Positions 1 to 13,000 of a stretch of 64,000 bases of DNA are shown here, piece by piece (the stretch's first letter is position 1; the number at the start of each line of letters is the position of its first letter). The notes under the pieces were generated by a model, which did not search any database, was not told the DNA's origin, and saw nothing but the letters and a program-made list of their open reading frames with translations. The position numbers and the translations under genes are program-made. This DNA is from Eledone cirrhosa (lineage: Eukaryota). The stretch covers positions 120,652,001 to 120,716,000 of the forward strand of contig OZ024744.1 in NCBI GenBank assembly GCA_964016885.1, in the 5' to 3' direction.

Positions 1-1875
1 CTTTCCTGAGACATTCTAATCACATGTCATAGGATCAGATTTGTGATCTCTCAATTCAGAGATTCTTTCCTGAGATATTCTAACCACATGTCATAGCATC
101 AGAGCTGTGATCTCTCAATTCAGAGATTCTTTCCTGAGACATTCTTACCCATGTCATAGTATCAGAGCTGTGATCTCTCAACTTAGAGATTCTTTCCTGA
201 GACATTCTAACCACATGTCATAGTATCAGAACTGTGATCTCTCAATTCAGAGATTCTATCCTGACACATTCTAACCACATGTCATAGTATCAGAGCTGTG
301 ATCTCTCAATTTAAAGATGCTTTCATGAGATATTCTAACCACATGTCATATTATCAGAGCTGTGATCTCTCAATTCGGAGATTCTTTCCTGAGACATTCT
401 AACCACATGTCATAGTATTAGAGCTGTGATCTCTCAATTCAGAGATTCTCTCCTGAGACATTGTAAACACATGTCATAGTATCAGAGCTGTGATCTCTCA
501 ATTTAGAGATTCTTTCCTGAGATATTCTAACCACATGTTATAATGTCAGAGCTATGATCTCTCAATTCAGAGATTCTTTCCTGAGACATTCTAAGCACAT
601 GCCATAGTATCGGAGCTGTGATCTATCAATTCAGAGATTCTTTCCTGAGACATTCTAACCACATGTCATAGTATCGGAGTTGTGATCTCTCAATTCAGAG
701 ATTCTTTCCTGGGACATTCTAACCACATGTCATAGTATTAGAGCTGTGATCTCTCAATTCAGAGCTTCTTTCCTGAGACATTCTAACCACATGTCATATT
801 ATCAGAGCTGTGATCTCTCAATTCAGAGATTCTTTCCTGAGACATTCTAACCACATGTCATAGTATCAGAGCTGTGATATCTCAATTCAGAGCTTCTTTC
901 ATGAGATATTCTAACCACATGTCATAGTATCAGAGCTGTGTGCTCTCAATTCAGAGATTCTATCCTGAGACATTCTAACCACATGTCATACTACTAGAGC
1001 TGTGATCTCTCAATTCAGAGATTCTTTCCTGAGAAATTCTAACCACATGTCTGTAGTATCAGAGCTGTGATCTCTCAATTCGGAGATTCTTTCCTGAGAC
1101 ATTCTGACTCCATGTCCACAGTATCAGTACTGTGATCTCTCAATTCAGAGATTCTTTCCTGATATATTCTAACCACATGTCATATTATAAGAGCTGTGAT
1201 CTCTCAATTCAGAGATTCTTTCCTGGGACATTCTAACCACATGTCATAGTATCAGAGCTGTGATCTCTCAATTCAGAGATTCTTTCCTGAGATATTCTAA
1301 CCACATGTCATAGTATCAGAGCTGTGATCTCTCAATTCAGATATTCTTTCCTGAGACATTCTAACCACATGTCATAGGATCAGATTTGTGATCTCTCAAT
1401 TTAGAGATTCTTTCCTGAGATATTCTAACCACATGTCATAGCATCAGAGCTGTGATCTCTCAATTCAGAGATTCTTTCCTGAGACATTCTTACCACACGT
1501 CATAGTATCAGAGCTGTGATCTCTCAACTTAGAGATTCTTTCCTGAGACATTCTAACCACATGTCTTAGTATCAGAACTGTGATCTCTCAATTCAGAGAT
1601 TCTATCCTGAGACATTCTAACCACATGTCATAGTATCAGAGCTGTGATCTCTCAATTTAGAGATGCTTTCATGAGATATTCTAACCACATGTCATATTAT
1701 CAGAGCTGTGATCTCTCAATTCGGAGATTCTTTCCTGAGACATTCTAACCACATGTCATAATATTAGAGCTGTGATCTCTCAATTCAGAGATTCTCTCCT
1801 GAGACATTGTAAACACATGTCATAGTATCAGAGCTGTGATCTCTCAATTTAGAGATTCTTTTCTGAGATATTCTA
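1..1875. repeat. Duplicated block of about 8 monomers at a 21-monomer offset (about 1-530 and about 1346-1875)
   Basis: Shared rare variants in the same order: AGGATCAGATTTG at 31 and 1376, GATGCTTTCATG at 316 and 1662, TTGTAAACAC at 461 and 1807 (offset 1345-1346). Confidence 0.85.
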
Positions 1876-4099
1876 ACCACATGTCATAGTATCAGAGCTG
1901 TGTGCTCTCAATTTAGAGATTCTATCCTGAGACATTCTAAGCACATGTCATAGTATCAGAGCTGTGATCTCCCAATTCAGAGATTCTTTCCCGAGAAATT
2001 CTAACCACACGTCTGTAGTATAAGAGCTGTGATCTCTCAATTCAGAGATTCTTTCCTGAGGCATTCTGACTCCCTGTCCACAGTATCAGAGCTGTGATCT
2101 CTCAATTCAGAGATTTTTTCCTGAGACATTCTAACCACATGTCATAGTATCAGATTTGTGGTCTCTCAATTTAGAGATTCTTTCCTGAGATATTCTAACC
2201 AAATGTCATAGTATCAGATCTGTGATATCTTAATTCAGAGATTCTTTCCTGAGATATTTTAACCACATGTCATAGTATCAGAGCTGTGATCTCTCAATTC
2301 AGAGATTCTTTCCTGAGACATTCTAACCACATGTCATAGTATCAGAGCTGTGATCTCTTAATTTAGAGATTCTTTCATGAGATAATCTAACCACATGTCA
2401 TAGTATCAGTGCTGTGATCTCTCAATTCAGAGATTCTCTCCTGAGACATTCTAACCACATGTCATAGTATTAGAGCTGTGATTTCTCAATTCAGAGATTC
2501 TTTCCTGAGAAATTCTAACCACATGTCTGTAGTATCAGAGCTGTGATCTCTCAATTCAGAGATTCTTTCCTGAGACATTCTAACTCCTTATCCACAGTAT
2601 CAGAGCTGTGATCTCTCAATTCAGAGATTCATTCCTGAGACATTCTTACCACATGTCATAGTATCAGAGCTGTCATCTCTCAATTTAGAGATACTATCCT
2701 GAGACATTCTAACGACATGTCATAGTATCAGAGCTGTGATCTCTTAATTTAGAGATTCTTTCATGAGATAATCTAACCACATGTCATAGTATCAGAGCTG
2801 TGATCTCTCAATTCAGAGATTCTTTCCTGAGAAATTCTAACCACATATCTGTAATATCAGAGCTGTGATCTCTCAATTCAGAGATTCTTTCCTGAGACAT
2901 TCTGACTCCATGTCCACAGTATCAGTACTGTGATCTTTCAATTTAGAGATTCTTTCCTGAGACATTCTAACCACGTCATAGTATCAGAGCTGTGATATCT
3001 CAATTCAGAGATTCTTTCCTGAGACATTCTAATCACATGTCAAAGTATCAGAGCTGTGATCTCTCAATTTAGATATTCTTTACTGAGATATTCTAACCAC
3101 ATGTCATAGTATTGGAACTGTGATCTCTCAATTCAGAGATTCTTTTCTGAGACATTCTAACCACATGTCTGTAGTATCAGAGCTGTGAACTTTCAATTCA
3201 GAGATTCTTTCCTGGGACATTCTAACCACATGTCATATTATAAGGGCTGTGATCTCTCAATTCAGAGATTCTTTCCTGAGACATTCTAACCGCATGTCAT
3301 AGCATCAGAGTTGTGATCTCTCAATTCAGAGATTCTTTCCTGAGATATTCTAACCACATGTAATAGTATCAGAGCTGTGATCTCTCAATTCAGAGATTCT
3401 TTCCTGAGACATTCTAACCACATGTCATAGTATTAGAGCTGTGATCTTTCAATTCAGAGATTCTTTCCTGAGACATTCTTACCGCATGACATGTTATCAG
3501 AGCTGTGATCTCTCAATTCAGAGATTCTTTCATGAGATATTCTAACCGCATGTCATAGTATCAGAGCTGTGATCTCTCAATTCAGAGATTCTTTCATGAG
3601 ATATTCTAACCACATGTCATAGTATCAGAGCTGTGATCTCTCAATTCAGAGATTCTTTCCTGGGACATTCTAATCACATGTCATAGTATTAGACCTGTGA
3701 TCTCTCAATTCAGAACTTCTTTCCTGAGACATTCTTACCACATGTCATAGTATCAGAGCTGTGATCTCTCAATTTAGAGATTCTTTCCTGAGACATTCTA
3801 ACCACATGTCATAGTATCAGAGCTGTGATCTCTCAATTCGGAGATTCTTTCCTGAGACATTCTAACCACACGTCATAGTATCAGAGCTGTGATATCTCAA
3901 TTGACAGATTCTTTCCTGAGATATTTTAACCACATATCATAGTATCAGAGCTGTCATCTCTCAATTCAGAGATTCTTTCCTGAGACATTCTAACCGCATG
4001 TCATAGTATCAGAGCTGTGATCTCTCAATTTAGAGATTCTTTCATGAGATATTCTAACCACATGTCATAATATCAGAGCTATGATCTCTCAATTCAGAG

Positions 4100-7000
4100 A
4101 TTCTTTCCTGAGATATTTTAACCACATATCATAGTATCAGGGCTGTGAACTCTCAATTCAGAGATTCTTTCCTGAGACATTCTAACCACATCATAGTATC
4201 AGAGCTGTGATCTCTAAATTCAGAGGTTCTTTCCTGAGACATTCTAACCACATCTCATAGTATCAGAGCTGTGATCTCTCAATTCAGAGATTCTTTCCTG
4301 AGACATTCTAACCACATGTCATAGTATCAGAGCTGTGATCTCTCAATTCAGAGATTCTTTCCAGAGATATTCTAACCACATGTCATAGTATCAGAGCTGT
4401 CATCTCTCAATTCAGAGATTCTTTCCTGAGACTTTCTAAACACATGTCATAGTATCAGAGCTGTGATCTCTTAATTTAGAGATTCTTTCATGAGATATTC
4501 TAACCACATGTCATAGTATAAGAGCTGTGATCTCCCAATTCAGAGATTCTTTCCTGAGACATGCTAACCACATGTCATAGTATTAGAGCTGTGATCTCTC
4601 AATTCAGAGATTCTTTCCTGAGACATTCTAACCACATGTCATAGTATCAGAGCTGTGATATCTCAATTCAGAGATTCTTTCCTGAGATATTCTAACCACA
4701 TGTCATAGTATCAGTGCTGTGATCTCTCAATTCAGAGATTCTTTCCTGAGATATTCTAACCACATGTCATAGTATCAGAGCTGTGATCTCTCAATTCAGA
4801 GATTCTTTCCTGAGACATTCTAACCACATGTCATAGTATTAGAGTTGTGATATCTCAATTCAGAGATTCTTTCCTGGGATATTCTAACCACATGTCATAG
4901 TATCAGATCTGTGATCTCTCAATTCAGAGATTCTTTCCTGAGACATTCTAACTCCATGTCCACAGTATCAGAGCTGTGAACTCTCAATTCAGAGATTCTT
5001 TCCTGAGACATTCTAACCACATTTCATAGTATCAGAGCTGTGATCTCTCAATTCAGAGATTCTTTCCTGAGACATTCTAACCACATGTTATAGTATGGGT
5101 GCTGTGATCTCTCAATTCAGAGATTCTTTACTGAGACATTCTAACCACATGTCATAGTATCAGAACTGTGATCTCTCAATTCAGAAATTCTTTCCTGAGA
5201 CATTCTAACCACATGTCATATTATCAGAGCTGTGAACTCTCAATTCAGAGATTCTTTCCTGATACATTCTAACCACATGTTATAGTATCAGAGCTGTGAT
5301 CTCTAAATTCGGAGATTCTTTTCTGAGACATTCTAACCACGTCATATTATCAGAGCTGTGATATCTCAATTCAGAGATTCTTTCATGAGACATTCTAACC
5401 ACATGTCATAGTATCAGAGCTGTGATCTCTCAATTTAGATATTCATTCCTGAGATATTCTAACCACATGTCATAGTATTAGAGCTGTGATCTCTCAATTC
5501 GGAGATTCTTTCCTGAGACATTCTAACCCTATGTCTGTAGTATCAGAGCTGTATGCTCTCAATTCAGAGATTCTTTCCTGAGACATTCTAACCACATGTC
5601 ATTGTATCAGAGCTGTGATCTCTCAATTCAGAGATTCTTTCCTGAGACATTCTAACCACATGTCATAGTATGAGAGCTGTGATCTCTCAATTCAGAGATT
5701 CTTTCCTCAGACATTCTAACCACATCACATAGTATCAGAGCTGTGATCTCTCAATTCAGAGATTCTTTCCTGAGACATTCTAACCACATGTCATAGCATG
5801 AGAGCTGTGATATCCCAATTCAGAGATTCTTTCCTGAGATATTCTAACCACATGTCATAGTATCAGAGCTGTGATCTCTCAATTAAGAGATTTTTTCCTG
5901 AGACATTCTAACCACATGTCATAGTATCAGAGCTGTGATCTCTTAATTTAGAGATTCTTTCATGAGATATTCTAACCACATGTCATAGTATCAGAGCTGT
6001 GATCTCTCAATTCAGAGATTCTTTCCTGAGAAATTCTAACTGCATGTCTGTAGTATCGGAGCTGTGATCTCTCAATTCAAAGATTCTTTCCTGAGACATT
6101 CTAACTCCAGGTCTACAGTATCAGAGCTGAGATCTCTCAATTCAGAGATTCTTTCCTGAGACATTCTAACCACATGTCATAGTATGGGTGCTGTGATCTC
6201 TCAATTCAGAGATTCTTTCCTGGGATATTCTAACCACATGTCATAGTATCAGAGCTGTGAGCTCTCAATTCAGAGATTCTTTCCTGAGATATTCTAACCA
6301 CATGTCATAGTATCAGAGCTGTGATCTCTCAATTCAGAGATTCTTTCCTGGGATATTCTAACCACATGTCATAGTATCAGAGCTGTGATCTCTCAATTCA
6401 GATATTCTTTCATGAGACATTCTAACCACACGTCATAGTATCAGAGCTGTGATCACTCAATTCAGAGATTCTTTCCTGAGACATTCTAACCACATGTCAT
6501 AGTATCAGAGCTGTGATCTCTCAATTCAGAGATTCTTTCCTGAGACATTCTAACCACATGTCATAGTATCAGAACTGTGATCTCTCAATTCAGAAATTCT
6601 TTCCTGAGACATTCTAACCACATGTCATTGTATCAGGGCTGTGAACTCTCAATTCAGAGATTCTTTCCTGAGACATTCTAACCACATCATAGTATCAGAG
6701 CTGTGATCTCTAAATTCAGAGATTCTTTCCTGAGACATTCTAACCACATCTCATAGTATCAGAGCTGTGATCTCTCAATTCAGAGATTCTTTCCTGAGAC
6801 ATTCTACCCACATGTCATAGTATCAGAGCTGTGATCTCTCAATTCAGAGATTCTTTCCAGAGATATTCTAACCACATGTCTTAGTATCAGATCTGTGATC
6901 TCTCAATTCAGAGATTCTTTCCTGAGACTTTCTAACCACATGTCATAGTATCAGAGCTGTGATCTCTTAATTTAGAGATTCTTTCATGAGATATTCTCAC

Positions 7001-10000
7001 CACATGTCATAGTATCAGAGCTGTGATCTCCCAATTCAGAGATTGTTTCCTGAGACATGCTAACCACATGTCATAGTATTAGAGCTGTGATCTCTCAATT
7101 CAGAGATTCTTTCCTGAGACATTCTAACCACATGTCATAGTATCAGAGCTGTGATATCTCAATTCAGAGATTCTTTCCTGAGATATTCTAACCACATGTC
7201 ATAGTATCAGTGCTGTGATCTCTCAATTCAGAGATTCTTTCCTGAGATATTCTAACCACATGTCATAGTATCAGAGCTGTGATCTCTCAATTCAGAGATT
7301 CTTTCCTGAGACATTCTAACCACATGTCATAGTATTAGAGCTGTGATATCTCAATTCAGAGATTCTTTCCTGGGATATTCTAACCACATGTCATAGTATC
7401 AGATCTGTGATCTCTCAATTCAGAGATTCTTTCCTGAGACATTCTAACTCCATGTCCACAGTATCAGAACTGTGAACTCTCAATTCAGAGATTCTTTCCT
7501 GAGACATTCTAACCACATTTCATAGTATCAGAGCTGTGATCTCTCAATTCAGAGATTCTTTCCTGAGACATTCTAACCACATGTCATAGTATCAGAACTG
7601 TGATCTCTCAATTCAGAAATTCTTTCCTGAGACATTCTAACCACATGTCATATTATCAGAGCTGTGAACTCTCAATTCAGAGATTCTTTCCTGATACATT
7701 CTAATCACATGTTATAGTATCAGAGCTGTGATCTCTAAATTCAGAGATTCTTTTCTGAGACATTCTAACCACGTCATATTATCAGAGCTGTGATATCTCA
7801 ATTCAGAGATTCTTTCATGAGACATTCTAACCACATGTCATATTATCAGAGCTGTGATCTCTCAATTTAGATATTCATTCCTGAGATATTCTAACCACAT
7901 GTCATAGTATTAGAGCTGTGATCTCTCAATTCGGAGATTCTTTCCTGAGACATTCTAACCCTATGTCTGTAGTATCAGAGCTGTATGCTCTCAATTCAGA
8001 GATTCTTTCCTGAGACATTCTAACCACATGTCATTGTATCAGAGCTGTGATCTCTCAATTCAGAGATTCTTTCCTGAGACATTCTAACCACATGTCATAG
8101 TATGAGAGCTGTGATCTCTCAATTCAGAGATTCTTTCCTCAGACATTCTAACCACATCACATAGTATCAGAGCTGTGATCTCTCAATTCAGAGATTCTTT
8201 CCTGAGACATTCTAACCACATGTCATAGCATCAGAGCTGTGATATCCCAATTCAGAGATTCTTTCCTGAGATATTCTAACCACATGTCATAGTATCAGAG
8301 CTGTAATCTCTCAATTAAGAGATTCTTTCCTGAGACATTCTAACACATGTCATAGTATCAGAGCTGTGATCTCTTAATTTAGAGATTCTTTCATGAGATA
8401 TTCTAACCACATGTCATAGTATCAGAGCTGTGATCTCTCAATTCAGAGATTCTTTCCTGAGAAATTCTAACTGCATGTCTGTAGTATCGGAGCTGTGATC
8501 TCTCAATTCAAAGATTCTTTCCTGAGACATTCTAACTCCAGGTCTACAGTATCAGAGCTGTGATCTCTCAATTCAGAGATTCTTTCCTCAGACATTCTAA
8601 CCACATCACATAGTATCAGAGCTGAGATCTCTCAATTCAGAGATTCTTTCCTGAGACATTCTAACCACATGTCATAGTATGGGTGCTGTGATCTCTCAAT
8701 TCAGAGATTCTTTCCTGGGATATTCTAACCACATGTCATAGTATCAGAGCTGTGAGCTCTCAATTCAGATATTCCTTCATGAGACATTCTAACCACACGT
8801 CATAGTATCAGATCTGTGATCTCTCAATTCAGAGATTCTTTCTTGAGACATTCTAACTCCATGTCCACAGTATCAGAGCTGTGATCTCTCAATTCAGAGA
8901 TTCTTTCCTGAGACATTCTAACCACACGTCATAGTATGAGTGCTGTGATCTCTCAATTCAGAGATTCTTTCCTGAGATATTCTAACCACATGTCATAGTA
9001 TCAGAGCTGTGATCTCTCAATTCAGAGATTCTTTCCTGGGATATTCTAACCACATGTCATAGTATCAGAGCTGTGATCTCTCAATTCAGATATTCTTTCA
9101 TGAGACATTCTAACCACACGTCATAGTATCAGAGCTGTGATCACTCAATTCAGAGATTCTTTCCTGAGACATTCTAACCACATGTCATAGTATCAGAGCT
9201 GTGATCTCTCAATTCAGAGATTCTTTCCTGAGACATTCTAACCACATGTCATAGTATCAGAACTGTGATCTCTCAATTCAGAAATTCTTTCCTGAGACAT
9301 TCTAACCACATGTCATTGTATCAGGGCTGTGAACTCTCAATTCAGAGATTCTTTCCTGAGACATTCTAACCACATCATAGTATCAGAGCTGTGATCTCTA
9401 AATTCAGAGATTCTTTCCTGAGACATTCTAACCACATCTCATAGTATCAGAGCTGTGATCTCTCAATTCAGAGATTCTTTCCTGAGACATTCTAACCACA
9501 TGTCATAGTATCAGAGCTGTGATCTCTCAATTCAGAGATTCTTTCCAGAGATATTCTAACCACATGTCATAGTATCAGAGCTGTCATCTCTCAATTCAGA
9601 GATTCTTTCCTGAGACTTTCTAACCACATGTCATAGTATCAGAGCTGTGATCTCTTAATTTAGAGATTCTTTCATGAGATATTCTAACCACATGTCATAG
9701 TATCAGAGCTGTGATCTCCCAATTCAGAGATTGTTTCCTGAGACATGCTAACCACATGTCATAGTATTAGAGCTGTGATCTCTCAATTCAGAGATTCTTT
9801 CCTGAGACATTCTAACCACATGTCATAGTATCAGAGCTGTGATATCTCAATTCAGAGATTCTTTCCTGAGATATTCTAACCACATGTCATAGTATCAGTG
9901 CTGTGATCTCTCAATTCAGAGATTCTTTCCTGAGATATTCTAACCACATGTCATAGTATCAGAGCTGTGATCTCTCAATTCAGAGATTCTTTCCTGAGAC

Positions 10001-13000
10001 ATTCTAACCACATGTCATAGTATTAGAGCTGTGATATCTCAATTCAGAGATTCTTTCCTGGGATATTCTAACCACATGTCATAGTATCAGATCTGTGATC
10101 TCTCAATTCAGAGATTCTTTCCTGAGACATTCTAACTCCATGTCCACAGTATCAGAACTGTGAACTCTCAATTCAGAGATTCTTTCCTGAGACATTCTAA
10201 CCACATTTCATAGTATCAGAGCTGTGATCTCTCAATTCAGAGATTCTTTCCTGAGACATTCTAACCACATGTCATAGTATCAGAACTGTGATCTCTCAAT
10301 TCAGAGATTCTTTACTGAGACATTCTGACCACATGTCATAGTATCAGAACTGTGATCTCTCAATTCAGAAATTCTTTCCTGAGACATTCTAACCACATGT
10401 CATATTATCAGAGCTGTGAACTCTCAATTCAGAGATTCTTTCCTGATACATTCTAATCACATGTTATAGTATCAGAGCTGTGATCTCTAAATTCAGAGAT
10501 TCTTTTCTGAGACATTCTAACCACGTCATATTATCAGAGCTGTGATATCTCAATTCAGAGATTCTTTCATGAGACATTCTAACCACATGTCATAGTATCA
10601 GAGCTGTGATCTCTCAATTTAGATATTCATTCCTGAGATATTCTAACCACATGTCATAGTATTAGAGCTGTGATCTCTCAATTCGGAGATTCTTTCCTGA
10701 GACATTCTAACCCTATGTCTGTAGTATCAGAGCTGTATGCTCTCAATTCAGAGATTCTTTCCTGAGACATTCTAACCACATGTCATTGTATCAGAGCTGT
10801 GATCTCTCAATTCAGAGATTCTTTCCTGAGACATTCTAACCACATGTCATAGTATGAGAGCTGTGATCTCTCAATTCAGAGATTCTTTCCTCAGACATTT
10901 TAACCACATCACATAGTATCAGAGCTGTGATCTCTCAATTCAGAGATTCTTTCCTGAGACATTCTAACCACATGTCATAGCATCAGAGCTGTGATATCCC
11001 AATTCAGAGATTCTTTCATTAGACATTCTAACCACATGTCATAGTATCAGAGCTGTGATCTCTCAAGTTAGATATTCATTCCTGAGATATTCTAACCACA
11101 TGTCATAGTATTAGATCTGTGATCTCTCAATTCGGAGATTCTTTCCTGAGACATTCTAACCCTATGTCTGTAGTATCAGAGCTGTATGCTCTCAATTCAG
11201 GGATTCTTTCCTGAGACATTCTAACCACATGTCATTGTATCAGAGCTGTGATCTCTCAATTCAGAGATTCTTTCCTGAGACATTCTAACCACATGTCATA
11301 GTATGAGAGCTGTGATCTCTCAATTCAGAGATTCTTTCCTCAGACATTCTAACCACATCACATAGTATCAGAGCTGTGATCTCTCAATTCAGAGATTCTT
11401 TCCTGAGACATTCTAACCACATGTCATAGCATCAGAGCTGTGATATCCCAATTCAGAGATTCTTTCCTGAGATATTCTAATCACATGTCATAGTATCAGA
11501 GCTGTGATCTCTCAATTAAGAGATTCTTTCCTGAGACATTCTAACCACATGTCATAGTATCAGAGCTGTGATCTCTTAATTTAGAGATTCTTTCATGAGA
11601 TATTCTAACCACATGTCATAGTATCAGAGCTGTGATCTCTCAATTCAGAGATTCTTTCCTGAGAAATTCTAACTGCATGTCTGTAGTATCGGAGCTGTGA
11701 TCTCTCAATTCAAAGATTCTTTCCTGAGACATTCTAACTCCAGGTCTACAGTATCAGAGCTGTGATCTCTCAATTCAGAGATTCTTTCCTGAGACATTCT
11801 AACCACATGTCATAGTATGGGTGCTGTGATCTCTCAATTCAGAGATTCTTTCCTGGGATATTCTAAACACATGTCATAGTATCAGAGCTGTGAGCTCTCA
11901 ATTCAGATATTCCTTCATGAGACATTCTAACCACACGTCATAGTATCAGAGCTGTGATCTCTCAATTCAGAGATTCTTTCCTGAGACATTCTAAACACAT
12001 GTCATAGTATCAGAACTGTGTTCTCTCAATTCAGAAATTCTTTCCTGAGACATTCTAACCACATGTCATAGTATCAGAGCTGTGATCTCCCAATTCAGAG
12101 ATTCTTTCCTGAGACATGCTAACCACATGTCATAGTATTAGAGCTGTGATCTCTCAATTCAGAGATTCTTTCCTGAGACATTCAAACCACATGTCATAGT
12201 ATCAGAGCTGTGATATCTCAATTCAGAGATTCTTTCCTGAGATATTCTAACCACATGTCATAGTATCAGTGCTGTGATCTCTCAATTCAGAGATTCTTTC
12301 CTGAGATATTCTAACCACATGTCATAGTATCAGAGCTGTGATCTCTCAATTCAGAGATTCTTTCCTGAGACATTCTAACCACATGTCATAGTATTAGAGC
12401 TGTGATATCTCAATTCAGAGATTCTTTCCTGAGATATTCTAACCACATGTCATAGTATCAGATCTGTGATCTCTCAATTCAGAGATTCTTTCTTGAGACA
12501 TTCTAACTCCATGTCCACAGTATCAGAGCTGTGAACTCTCAATTCAGAGATTCTTTCCTGAGACATTCTAACCACATTTCATAGTATCAGAGCTGTGATC
12601 TCTCAATTCAAAGATTCTTTCCTGAGACATTCTAACCACATGTCATAGTATCAGAGCTGTGATCTCTCAATTCAGAGATTCTTTACTGAGACATTCTAAC
12701 CACATGTCATAGTATCAGAACTGTGATCTCTCAATTCAGAAATTCTTTCCTGAGACATTCTAACCACATGTCATATTATCAGAGCTGTGAACTCTCAATT
12801 CAGAGATTCTTTCCTGAGACATTCTAACCCTATGTCTGTAGTATCAGAGCTGTATGCTCTCAATTCAGAGATTCTTTCCTGAGACATTCTAACCACATGT
12901 CATTGTATCAGAACTGTGATCTCTCAATTCAGAGATTCTTTCCTGAGACATTCTAACCACATGTCATAGTATGAGAGCTGTGATCTCTCAATTCAGAGAT

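Noticed and set aside
6048-6118. CTGTAG and CTACAG reverse-complement pair in adjacent 65-bp monomers
   Set aside because: Only 6 bp, not extendable, and confined to copies of one duplicated block, so it is consistent with chance.
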